A stretch of DNA of 64,000 nt from Blasia pusilla (Eukaryota), in assembly GCA_050084515.1 (NCBI GenBank), contig CM114271.1:18414001-18478000 (forward strand). The letters run 5' to 3'. The notes under the pieces were generated by a model. That model did no database searches. It saw only the letters and a list, made by a program, of their open reading frames with translations, and had not been told where the DNA came from. Made by a program: the position numbers and the translations under genes. Shown in pieces: positions 53,143-64,000 of this stretch. The stretch's first letter is position 1, and each line of letters begins with the position of its first letter.

Positions 53143-56100
53143 TTAACAGTGGCCTTCATCCTCAAGCTCTTCCTCGGCGTCCTCAAACCTTGGATCGTGA
53201 ATTTGCAACTGCAATTAGTGCAAAACGAAACCCCCACAATCAGTGCGTTTAAAATCAGAGTTCTTCATATCCCTATGTAACAATAACAAATTAAAAATTA
53301 AAAAAACATATTTCTACCGGGTGGAACGGGTCATCATCATCATCACGGCCTTCGGGTTGCTCTAATTGAATTAGGCTACAGTACGTACCTGAGAAATATT
53401 GGGGACTTCCGAGGAATCGTTGTCTTCTCCAATTGGCCGTCCCAACACCTCGTTCACATTAAAAAACCACTCACCTTCGCCTTCTTGTTCTGGTATCAAA
53501 GCAGAAGATGAGAACTGGAATATGTCACAAACTATAAACTTCTCTGCCACCTTACTTTACCTCTGAACTCAGACTTCTACAGGGCTTTGTCTCAGTACTC
53601 TCGGATACCATTTCGCAGGTAACTGAGGGAAGGTCAAGTTAATCCTCTAAGCCAAGGCACTGAATATTCAGATTCCAGCTAAGGATTTACGAATTTTTTA
53701 GACTACTACGAATTTTTAGAATTGTGTTCGAGAACTGATCCAGATGACAGATATATTCCCCTTGACACTGGGAAACCTTGAACTGAAGTAAAGCACAAAG
53801 GCGCACATGGGATTACTAAATTCATGGTTACACCATTTGAGCTGGCTCTAACACAGCTCTTCAGAAACAAGAGTTGCAAAACTATTTAAGAACTGGCAAT
53901 GTACTTCAACTATACACAACTAAACAAGCTATATATCCATATCTCCCAATACCGCCAGGTATAGTTTGTTAATGAAGTACAGAGCCTAAACTTTAACTAC
54001 TTCAAGCTCCAAGATCAATCTCACAATGTGAGAAAATCCTAGAGGTTTTGGTACCTCTGCCAGTGATGGTTTGACGTCAGCATTCCATCCCTCATCTTGG
54101 GGTGTCAACCATGGGGATCCTAGAGCAACCTCAATTGGCAATCTTTTCAGCTCCAAAGCAATCTCAAATGAAGAAAACCACCAATGTGAGAAACAGTTTC
54201 AAGAGCATGTGGATTATAGGAGGTTTTGACGTACCCCCATCTGGATCTGGATTCAGCAACGCACAGTCACACAATACCTGGAATATCTGGTCCACTGGTA
54301 TTCAAATCCCCATTTAAGGCCTCAACACCGAATTTTATATCTAACAAGTGAGACTGCAACAAACACAAGTTGTTCCTCCTCTCTCTAAGACGGCAGTCAC
54401 AGTCATGCAGCTGAGAATCCAGTTCAATACTTGGTCTCATGAAAGTAAACCACACAAAAAAACATTGCTGCACAAGCCCCATACATTCTTCCCAGGACTT
54501 AAAATTGCATGTACAGATTCTAATCTGGTGAAAAGTATTATTTTCTCATAGTCCCATTGGATCTCAATCAAATTGAAACCCGAATTGTCATTCAGTTCAG
54601 ATAAGAGGATACAGACATTGGGGTCTCTGGGAACAAGGCGCATCTCCTCTATTTTTGATAGATCCTCCTCCACATGATTTTCAGTCTCCAAAGGATCATT
54701 CAACTCATCATCGGCCTCATCATAATCAGATTCACCATCGACTTCGATCTGGACATATCCCACCACATCACTGAACATATTGCAGCCTCTCAAAGTTGAG
54801 TTTTAAGTCCATATGGGTTGCGTCACCTCTAAGTTGGTCTCATTGTCAAAGACAATATTACACTGCAAAGACTGTAACTCAAAATACTTCAACCCTACGA
54901 ATGAGTGAACTGATTGATCACAGGGACACAAGGAAACCATGGGGACTTTAAATGCAATATTTGCACTACTTAGGTAGGTCAGCTCATGGAAAATAACAGA
55001 AGTAATTTCAACCTGTGTGTAGATGCAAGGGACCGGAAAAGCTTCTACATCTCGAGAAATGGCATGCATTGAGAGTGACAGAAAGCCAACTGCATAACCC
55101 TTCTGAAGATTGTCATCACTTAACCAGATAAGACGTCTGCGTCCGAGGCAAACACATACATTTCACATCAGTTAGAATTTATGTGGAAAAAGACATTCAG
55201 AGGAAAGCTTCGAGAATTTAGCCTCCAATTAACGTCATGAATGATGTGTACTCCAAAAACTGCTGGTAGACGAGTTATAACAAAATAGCACAGTGTGGGG
55301 TCACTTCAGTATTTGTATTACAGTTCGGATAAAAAAGAGCACCAATCCAAACGGATTCTCCATACAAGAGCTTAAAGTCTCACCATGGAGTCGAACCTGC
55401 TACACTTATCTATAGTAATGTACGGTTGAAAATACATGTGGTATAAATCTCAATGTTTGTGAGATTAGAAGAAGATTATGGGCAACACCTACAACGTGAT
55501 CCTTGTAATCTTATGTCCACTGTCTCCTAAGATTCTCAGCTCCAAAATACAGATTCGTACCTCTGTGCTCAACTCAAACCTAAAACACTTATGCATCTCT
55601 GCTTTACTTAAGGTGAGCGATCCAGAAGATTAGCACTGGCTTGTTTTGATTAGTAGGCTGGGCTCGGCTGGTTGAGGGCTTAGAAATTGCCCTTTGCTAG
55701 CTCTGCTGGTAATTGTTTTCTCAATCCTTTTCCTTACACCCACTCTTAGGAACATGGTCTCCATTCTATTCATTTTCATCCTCAAAGTGGGGATATACAA
55801 GTTTAAGATACACCATGTGCCGTTCATTACAGGCAACCTATTCTGAGCATCCAACCCAGATAAGAACTCTCTCGCTCTCGCTCTCTGGGGTACCCGTGGA
55901 CAATAAAAATATTCATTCATTTCTTCTCTCGCTATCTAACGCAAACGCAGATCAGGTGCACATTATCCACCTGATTGTCAAATCTTTGAAATCTGGAGTT
56001 TTTAAAAATAATTCAGTTAAAACCCAACCAGCAGCATCTTTGTAAGACAAATTGAATGGATACAAGCAGGAAAGAACCTCGTAGTGATGTAAAGGGTGCC

Positions 56101-56238
56101 TGGCTGCTCTGCCGCCGATTCTCCCAGAACAATCCCCACACCTGGTGCTACATGTGCTATACTCTCGTCTTCTCCAGCCGTAAGCAAAGGCCCTCCGTCC
56201 GCAGCTCTCTCGAGGACCACAACTAAACCTGCCGCCAT
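53143..56238 (-). CDS. ICLN: Chloride conductance regulatory protein ICln / methylosome subunit pICln
   Basis: Exons 56238-56078, 55136-55013, 54748-54613, 54294-54235, 53489-53389 and 53208-53143. Motifs GTLYITTRRLIWLS, LHAISRD...PCIYTQ, EMRLVP, CDCALLNPDP and RFEDAEEE. All introns are GT-AG and in phase. Confidence 0.92.
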
Positions 56239-58423
56239 GATCTTTCTTCCTCGTTCTTGCAAGCAATTCAAAATCTGCGACTCTGTACGCAAAATTTGCA
56301 GTTCGACTCAACACACTCACTTCTGTCCTCGACTTTAACGATTACTCAAATCAGCTACTACGAATTTCTAGCTCTCGCAAGATTCTCTCCTTGCACAAGA
56401 GCCACACCATTAACATACAAAAGGAAAGAACGCAGCCTGACGCGAAACATTAACAATCTTCGATCGTTTCTAAATGCAGTATAGAGCAATCGCTCCTCTG
56501 ACATCCGTAACAACTATGCCTCCTCGGATTCTCTCCTCTCTATTTGACCACTAAGGAATCGGTACGTACAAGCTCAAACACACAACAGGAGAAGAGGAAG
56601 ATCAATAGACTCAATGAGGCTTTAAAAACACATGTTTGAAATTTCTTTCGTTCAGCGATTCGATAGGGAGAACGTCTTGGAGATAAATCTTCCTCAGAAC
56701 GAAAACACAGAAATAGAAAAACCAAGCCGCATGACTCACTCTAATTACGTGAAAAGATATTCCAACGGCGTACTGCAGCTTCTATGTCAAATCCGCCTTG
56801 AATTCCCGCTTCTTTCTCGCTTCGTTACACTGCTCACAGTGACCACGCGCAATCCTAATGGAAGCAATCGACGGATGCCGGCGGACTGGCAAATGAGTTC
56901 TAGTACAGTCGTACAGTCAGCCGTGGATTCGAAACTGCTCCTGAAAGCCTCATTGTGTCTATAAAGAAGAGGCGCAACCTTTTGTTTCCTCCCTTCTTTT
57001 CCTCATTTCTCGCTCACGCCTCTCCTCACTCCTTACGATCTTGAACCTCATTTTCGTTTTCCGCTCCGGCCACCGGTTGCATGAACTTGCATCTGGTTGC
57101 CTCATAAATTCTCTTAGTGGTTAATTAATGGTTTCCGATTTACACTATGAATACGCTTCACTTTTAAAACATATCATATAATCATAAGGTAGAATGTTCT
57201 CTTGGTTATCGGCCGCGAGTTTTTCTACCCGTTTTCGAACCAGAGGTTTATCACTCTTTCTTGTTCCCCCTAATCTTCTCACGCAAATTTTCTCCACGGT
57301 TTGGAGAATGGCTATTGTGTCTCCCTCCTTTTCTAATGTCCCTCCTCCCCCTCCCTCCATTGCCTCTACTCTTCCTAACTCCCCAACTTCTATGTCCCTA
57401 CTCTCACTACTACAAATGCATTATTTTCCACACTGTTTTGCGGCTAATTTACATACTAATTGGAAGATGAAGTTTTCTGAAGTTGCTCCAATGCGTGACA
57501 CGGATGGAGCAACCTCATAGCACACATGTGAGTGAACTTCTCTCCGAAAATTGGTAAAGAGAGTGAAGTTATTAATCAGGCCGTGCATCGCACCATCCTT
57601 ACTAGTGTGCGATTGTTGCGACTCGATGCTGCTCGGATTTTTGGTACTATGGAGAGCCAAAAAATTGTTTGCCTCTAGGTAGGCACCAAACACGGCTTTT
57701 GATGATATTGTGGCGACGGATAACTTGTGTCGCAATTGGCAATTCACTTCTTCTCTTATCTACTTTTTTTCACAACTACAAATAGGCTCTGAGATGTTCT
57801 TGGTGCACGCCATAAAATAAGCTTGACCAAGGAGGTGCATAAATAAGTGTGCAATAGGTCGGAGTGATAAAAAATCCAAGACTCTTATGAGGGACATCCT
57901 AGTCGGTTCTATGTTGAATTTGCCCACATTGTTGGCACCATATGAGATGCATACAACCTCCCTTGTGCAAAACCTCATAGTAAGGACAGCAGTAGATAAA
58001 CTCATAGTCTAGTCCCATGCTTGTGTGAACCGCCCTAGTTGCGCAAAATCGAACACATGGATGAATGGAAAAAAAATCTCACAAGATAAAAGGGAGTTGA
58101 GATTTAGAGATGTACACAATCCAAAGGATGAACGTAGAATAACACTAAGAGAATGCGTGGGAGGTGGAGATAGAGAGAAGTATACACTTCAAGGATGAAA
58201 AAGAGATTCCCGAAACTATTGACTTACCTGACTCAAAGATTTGCATGGAGTCTCTAGGTCTTAGAATTAGAAGTAAGAAAAAGAAATTATACCTTCGTAG
58301 TATACTATTTGATTAGAGGAATAAATTCCACCTGACTATTAAATAACCAGGAAAACATTTGATAAAGCAAAACCACATCCAACTCTCCACCATTGAGTTT
58401 TAATATACAACAAAGAAAAGATA

Positions 58424-58468
58424 ATGTAGCAATGTGTTGTTTGCTTCGCAAACCACACATTGCTACAT
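58424..58468. repeat. Inverted repeat with 21-bp arms, 3-nt loop and one mismatch
   Basis: atgtagcaatgtgttgtttgc-ttc-gcaaaccacacattgctacat. Confidence 0.85.
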
Positions 58469-59462
58469 GATCATAATATTGTTACATATACTATCATACA
58501 ACTAGTTAATCTGATCTCTCAAACAACTAACTATGTGGTTCTGAAGATGGTAATTGGTGGAAGATTGTTTCTCATGAACATTCTCTATCACATCACAACG
58601 GTAGTTTTGGAAATTTGACTAGATATCTGGCTTTAGATCACATACAATTCCACTTTCATCTGGGAGGTTGGGTATATAGATTTGATCCCCTGGAGTTTTA
58701 CATCATGCACTGCAACCCACGAGCTTAAAAGTCATTTTCCAAAACGAAAACTCTACTAGGTTTGACATTTGGAGGGAGGCAGTGGCATCTCCCCAAATGT
58801 TCCTATATTTGACATAGTCAGAACCTAATCATGGAGTGAACCAAGTTCACGGCTGTGGTACACTATACAATGGGATGGTTTTTGGGGGAGTGGGCGAATG
58901 CATTTTCTCCTTTCACACTCACACAAAAACATTCCGTGAGGTGGCCACAATCAACATCGGCATGAAGGTCTCACATGTCTAGTGTGTGGATCCCAGTATT
59001 TCCTATTTGACTATTACACTGGACAGAGGAAAATGATCCATGGTAATCGTGCTCTGCTGCTTGTTCTCAAATTTTATAATTGGACAGAGGACAGCAATTG
59101 GTTTGTGTCCAGCAAACTGATAGTTTACAACATTGCCACCTTCGGGTGGGTACAGTGGCTTTCTTAACCAAGTAAAACGGGACTTAATGAAACTACATCC
59201 CGAGGTGACTTGCGCAACTTGGTATCACTTACAGATGTACAGCAGCAGGACTTCAGTCATGGACTATCGTTTGCCACTACTTACAGGTGAAAGGAAAAAA
59301 TATTTCCTAAACTTTGGGGGACATACCCTGATTAAGTTTGAACAGAAAGATTCGTAGATTGCTGAAAAGCTCATGATCTTTCAAAATCTTCGCTCGTGAA
59401 TCATCAATTCACTTCCCAATTTCGTTTTCTACCAAACAGACAATGCTCGCTCTGCATGCTTA

Positions 59463-62400
59463 TCAAACGCCGCCACCAGTGGTCTCTGGATTTTGAGAGT
59501 CTGAAGGCAATGGTGGCTCATCCACACTGTGTTGGCCACAGAGCAGTGAACCAGTTTGAAAAGAAGGACCAGTTGAAACAATCTGAGTATCACCAGGATG
59601 TGGAACAAGAGTAGGTGCCCAAATGCTTTTTGCAACACTACTTAAAACAGGTGCTTGCAAGGGATGAGGTTGTGCAAGGTACATATTTTCTCTCAGATGC
59701 GATGGTATGTCTGGGGGAGCAACTACATGTATTTTCCCCACAGACGACCCTGATGCACCGAGTCCAAGAGTCCCACTTCCAGACAAACCATCCACTGCAT
59801 TAACTGAATCTCTATGGAGGGCTTCCCAATGCTGCACAAGTTCCTCAGAAGGGCCAACACCTTGAGCACTTTGACGATCTGCTAGAGCAAAAATGGCATC
59901 CATCACAGCATACGGTACATTTTGATTGTGGCCTCCTTGAGCAGTCAAGGTGGGAACTACTTGGGGTGTGGGTCTTACAAACACTCCGACATTGCCTGAA
60001 TTCATAGGCTGCTGTAAAGACTCATTTCGCCACTCATTCTCCATTCGAAGATGGTCTCTTATCGGATCACAGGCTACCTCTGTAGCATCAGTTCCATGAA
60101 CATTGTCCCTCAGCCCTTCAGTTCTTTGAAGATCCTGAACTCCTCCTGGTTCCATGTGCTCTGTAGTGTGGAGTGAGCCAGTTTCATCCCCATCAACATC
60201 ATGCGCTTCTCGAGTAAGACGGGCTGTCATCTTGGACACTGCTTCCTGCACACTACAAAGTTCCGATTTTGCATCTTCGTTCTTATAAAGGACAACCCCC
60301 TGCAAACCACCCATCATACTGTTCCACAGTTCTAAGTTTCCCACAGAAGCCACAGGCCATGACTGTGAACCTTCTCCTGACAGAGTAGAGCCTCCTGCTC
60401 TGCCAAATGTAGAGGGTGCAATAATAGGATCTTTGCATAATTTGGACATAGTATTGGAAGGCATAGAAACAGGACCTGTAGTGGCAGGAGGTACAGGTTG
60501 CCATAACTTATGTGAGCTAGAAACAGCAGGGTGTCCAGAATTGGACTGAGGTTGAGAAAGAAGGGACTGGCCAAAAAGCTTCACATCACCCAGGCGTAAT
60601 CGCTGTGATTCTGATGGAGTTGCCGCTCGTGTCTGTTGTGGCACCAGCATTTGTGAACCCCTCTGTGATTGCACTTGCAGATCCTCCCGAGGATGGAGTC
60701 CCAGCTTAGGCGCACTCCTCTGTTCTATGATGTCAGAATGTCTTAGCAGGTCGGCATCTGAGAAAGAACTTTGATAAGGGCCCCTCAATAATGCCAAAGC
60801 TTGTGAATGTTGCAACTGCTGTTGTTGGAGTTGATGTTGTTGAGCGAGAGAAGGGTGCTCCTTCTGGAGCTGCTGATGTTGTGCTTGTTGTAACTGCTTC
60901 TGAGCTTGCAACTGCATTTGGTGAGCCAATTGCTCTTGCTGTAGTTGTTGTGCCTGTTGAAGTTGCTGAAGGAGCAACTGCTGCTGCTGCTTTTGCTGCT
61001 GCATGATCTGCTGCTGCTGCTGCTGTTGAAGTAAAACTTGTTGTTGTGAAGGGTGATGCCCACGGTTACCAAGTCCAACTTGAGGTCGTTGCTGACCTCC
61101 AACTAGTTTGGGCCTCGGGACTAGTTGCTGCTGATGCACAGAAGATGCAAGAGGTAGGGGCTGCTGGGAATGATGGTGCACTAGTTGGGGCTGAATGTGC
61201 TTTGCAACTTGAGCAAGATGCTGCTGTTGTTGCTGCTGAGCATACACCATCTGCTGTAGCTGATGAACCATGTGCTGCGGTTGGTGAAGCACCAACTGAG
61301 AAGCCTGCTGGTGCTGTTGCTGAAGGTGCTGCACTGCTTGCTGCTGCAGCTGTTGAACAACCTGATCCAAGAGTTGCTTCTGACTTGAATTCATCATCTG
61401 TGGAGTAGCCTGCTGCTGCTGTTGCTGCTGCTGTAGGGCAACCTGTGACGACAGAGATTGCTGTTGTGACTGATGGCCAACCATTACTTGAGGATTTTGT
61501 GCAGCCAAGAGCAAAGACTGCTGGGGACTGGGACCAGGAAATGTAGATACAATGCCTGGCTGAAAAAGAGGCAAGACTCCACCAGAAATGGCAGCTGCAG
61601 AGGAATAGTCCTTTACAGAACACATCCTCCGAATGATCTTTTGCATGTCCCTGGCAGTGGAAGAGTCATCACCAGATTGACAAACAATTGGATTGAACTG
61701 TGCGTATCCTAAGCCTTCTGCACCTACTACTGGTGTTCCAATACTTGTGTTGATAGGCATCATAGAATTAGAACCAACGTTTTGAGACACATCTTCACAA
61801 GGAAGTGATACCTTAGTTGGACAAATTTGCCCAACAGATCCAGCATTGCTGCTAGTATCTGACTCCTCAGCTTTGCGCTTCCTATTACAACCACCCCTCG
61901 TACTTAGACTGACTAAGCTGTCTGTTGACAAGAATCCCAACTTGGCCTTCGAATTCTGATAGTAAGTCTTTATTTGTGTCAAAGACTTAGCTGGTAAACT
62001 GTCATGGAGAAGGGTCCAATCTTTACCATGCCGCCTTATAATATCTGCAAATTTTTCTTTCTCCTCTTGAGTCCATGAGGTCGGCTCCCTCCTTGGCTTG
62101 AACTCCCCTGCTGCATTTACCCTAGGTCCTCTCTCCTTAGCATGCCCACTATGGGCCACAGGAGGTGATGTGACAGCAGCAGAAGGAGTTTGTGGCACAG
62201 GCAATGCTGCTCCAGCTAAGAAGGCTCCACCACTCTCAAGAGACACAACTGGTTCTGACTTTACAACAATTGCATGATTATTCAGATCCGCTTCAGCTGC
62301 AACACACGGGCCACTAGGATCAATTGGTACTGGTGTCGCAATCTGATTGCCAAATTCTTGATCAGATTCTGCTCTGGTAGACTTTGGCACCGTGACTACC

Positions 62401-64000
62401 TCCGCCTCTGCCTCATCCTTACTTGTAGTTGAATTCACAACATCCTTGTGTATTTTGCTGATACTGTCTGACACTGGGATATCTTTCATCTGCTCATCTT
62501 TCATTACTTGCTCAGGTTGTTCCTGCACTTCTTGAGCCAACACCACTACACTACTCTCAACCAAAGCTTCCACCTTCATCGCTTGTTCTTTTCCTACTTC
62601 TTTTTCTGACATTTGAGTCACCTTCATATCTGCTTCACCAGTCTTCACTGAAGGCAAGTCCATGAACTCTGCTTCCAAAGCCTTTCCTAACAGCGTTAAG
62701 CCGCTTTCAGCTTCATTTGACTCTTGCACTTCCACACTGCATTGCTCTTCTACTTCAGTGCTCTCCATTTCCTGGACTCCAGAGGCTTCAAGAGAAGGGT
62801 GCTTGGATTCCTCCTCCATAGCCTCATCAACCACCTTCTGAGCTACCTTCACATCACCAGTAGATTCTGGAGACTTCAGAGATATCCCCACACTGACAGC
62901 ATCTGAGACCATAACTTCTTGAGATTGGTCCACCAACTCGTCCAATCTAAAACGCTTGCGTGTTTTACTAAAAAACGTTTTACACTGGGTTTGAGTTTTA
63001 GAACTAACATGGTCTGAGATACTCTTGAAATCCTTTCCATACTTGGCGACAGCATCAGTGAAAAGCTGCCGTTCAGTGTCAGTCCATTGAGATTCAACCT
63101 CCTCCCCTTCACCTTTTGAAGTTGAAGTGTCATGATCCCCAGGTGACGTTCTGACCTCCCGACTTCCACAAGGTTGTTCAGGAATAGCACTCCTAGAAGT
63201 GGACACAACTAAACCAGAAACATTCTTCACAGGTGGCTTTTCTCTGCAAGTTTTTGACGTAGATGGTGTGCTGATGCTGAGACTGCAGGGAGAGATTCCT
63301 GCACTGGAAACATCAGGAAGGCTGACTCCCTTGCTCTCCTTTGGGCACATGGATTTCACTACCACTGGGTCCAAGTTACCAGGATCATAAGTGGTGACAG
63401 GTCGAGATTTATCAACTCCCTTTTGGGATCGGCCCTGTAAGGCCTTCGCACTGTCTCTGGAAGCTGCATAAGCTGCAGCTGCTGCCAAGGTAAGTGCCTG
63501 CACACGTGTAGCATTTACGTCTCTATTCCTGCTGTTGCCAGGAGTAGTAGTAGCCAAGTAGGAAGCATTTGACACAGAGTAATCCCGTCTTTTCTTAAGC
63601 TGTTGCCTCCTCCTAATCTTCTCAAAATCTTCTGACTTCTGATTTCGATAGTAAAACTCTACACAGTCAGCAGTAGTTTTGTGTTCCAGAAAAGAAGCAA
63701 TTTTGCTGAAGTTCTTGTTGTAGATAGCAAACTTTTCCAAAAAAAACTTCTTTTCTTCTGCTGTCCACGGATTGATGGTCCTTCGTTCCTGCTCAAAAGC
63801 AACAGGATCCTCAACTAGCCCATTCCTGCTATCAAACCGCCGAAAGCACCTCTCTTTCTCATCAATGAGCATAGCAGGCATCTTCAAATCCTGCCTGAGC
63901 TGGTAAGTTGGAGCAACTGTCAACATTCTTTTCCTCATTTGCCCATCTTCTTGTCCAGGATCAGATTTCATGGGACCAGTAAGCATAGGCCGAAATCTCA
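59463..64000 (-). CDS. PWR: POWERDRESS/NCoR-like SANT-domain co-repressor, 3' part (5' end outside the window)
   Basis: A >1500-aa open frame runs to the window edge. SANT1 is NPWTAEEK...KTTADCVEFYY and SANT2 is WTDTERQLF...QCKTFFSK. A third SANT reads SWTQEEKEKF...QIKTYYQN. A GDVKLFG motif and a polyQ region follow. Confidence 0.88.
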   Translation of the reverse strand, partial: RFRPMLTGPMKSDPGQEDGQMRKRMLTVAPTYQLRQDLKMPAMLIDEKERCFRRFDSRNGLVEDPVAFEQERRTINPWTAEEKKFFLEKFAIYNKNFSKIASFLEHKTTADCVEFYYRNQKSEDFEKIRRRQQLKKRRDYSVSNASYLATTTPGNSRNRDVNATRVQALTLAAAAAYAASRDSAKALQGRSQKGVDKSRPVTTYDPGNLDPVVVKSMCPKESKGVSLPDVSSAGISPCSLSISTPSTSKTCREKPPVKNVSGLVVSTSRSAIPEQPCGSREVRTSPGDHDTSTSKGEGEEVESQWTDTERQLFTDAVAKYGKDFKSISDHVSSKTQTQCKTFFSKTRKRFRLDELVDQSQEVMVSDAVSVGISLKSPESTGDVKVAQKVVDEAMEEESKHPSLEASGVQEMESTEVEEQCSVEVQESNEAESGLTLLGKALEAEFMDLPSVKTGEADMKVTQMSEKEVGKEQAMKVEALVESSVVVLAQEVQEQPEQVMKDEQMKDIPVSDSISKIHKDVVNSTTSKDEAEAEVVTVPKSTRAESDQEFGNQIATPVPIDPSGPCVAAEADLNNHAIVVKSEPVVSLESGGAFLAGAALPVPQTPSAAVTSPPVAHSGHAKERGPRVNAAGEFKPRREPTSWTQEEKEKFADIIRRHGKDWTLLHDSLPAKSLTQIKTYYQNSKAKLGFLSTDSLVSLSTRGGCNRKRKAEESDTSSNAGSVGQICPTKVSLPCEDVSQNVGSNSMMPINTSIGTPVVGAEGLGYAQFNPIVCQSGDDSSTARDMQKIIRRMCSVKDYSSAAAISGGVLPLFQPGIVSTFPGPSPQQSLLLAAQNPQVMVGHQSQQQSLSSQVALQQQQQQQQATPQMMNSSQKQLLDQVVQQLQQQAVQHLQQQHQQASQLVLHQPQHMVHQLQQMVYAQQQQQQHLAQVAKHIQPQLVHHHSQQPLPLASSVHQQQLVPRPKLVGGQQRPQVGLGNRGHHPSQQQVLLQQQQQQQIMQQQKQQQQLLLQQLQQAQQLQQEQLAHQMQLQAQKQLQQAQHQQLQKEHPSLAQQHQLQQQQLQHSQALALLRGPYQSSFSDADLLRHSDIIEQRSAPKLGLHPREDLQVQSQRGSQMLVPQQTRAATPSESQRLRLGDVKLFGQSLLSQPQSNSGHPAVSSSHKLWQPVPPATTGPVSMPSNTMSKLCKDPIIAPSTFGRAGGSTLSGEGSQSWPVASVGNLELWNSMMGGLQGVVLYKNEDAKSELCSVQEAVSKMTARLTREAHDVDGDETGSLHTTEHMEPGGVQDLQRTEGLRDNVHGTDATEVACDPIRDHLRMENEWRNESLQQPMNSGNVGVFVRPTPQVVPTLTAQGGHNQNVPYAVMDAIFALADRQSAQGVGPSEELVQHWEALHRDSVNAVDGLSGSGTLGLGASGSSVGKIHVVAPPDIPSHLRENMYLAQPHPLQAPVLSSVAKSIWAPTLVPHPGDTQIVSTGPSFQTGSLLCGQHSVDEPPLPSDSQNPETTGGGV

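Overview
Eukaryotic nuclear DNA from a land plant; the gene and transposon style suggests a non-seed plant such as a bryophyte (inference). Bases 1 to ~44 kb are nested, mostly decayed transposons. Bases ~44-64 kb hold three minus-strand host genes: a C-type lectin receptor-like kinase, pICln, and the 3' part of a POWERDRESS/NCoR-like SANT protein. The most notable system is a Ty3/Gypsy-type retrotransposon family. Its best copy (33727-42232, +) reads gag, zinc knuckles, protease, a DNMT3-like C5 cytosine methyltransferase, RT, integrase and a PHD finger. A second copy (~8084-12610, -) shows the same DNMT-RT-RNaseH-IN-PHD order. The family's termini do not look like ordinary LTRs. Three copies end in purine tract - block A - 2 nt - block B - block A. 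The best copy starts with B only, ends with A only, and is flanked by a 4-bp ATTG duplication. Also present are a MULE/SWIM-like DNA transposon studded with a 27-bp palindrome, a second Gypsy LTR family, a Sola-like transposase relic, Helitron-like ends and a long (CA)n tract. All assignments were made by eye from motifs; no searches were run.
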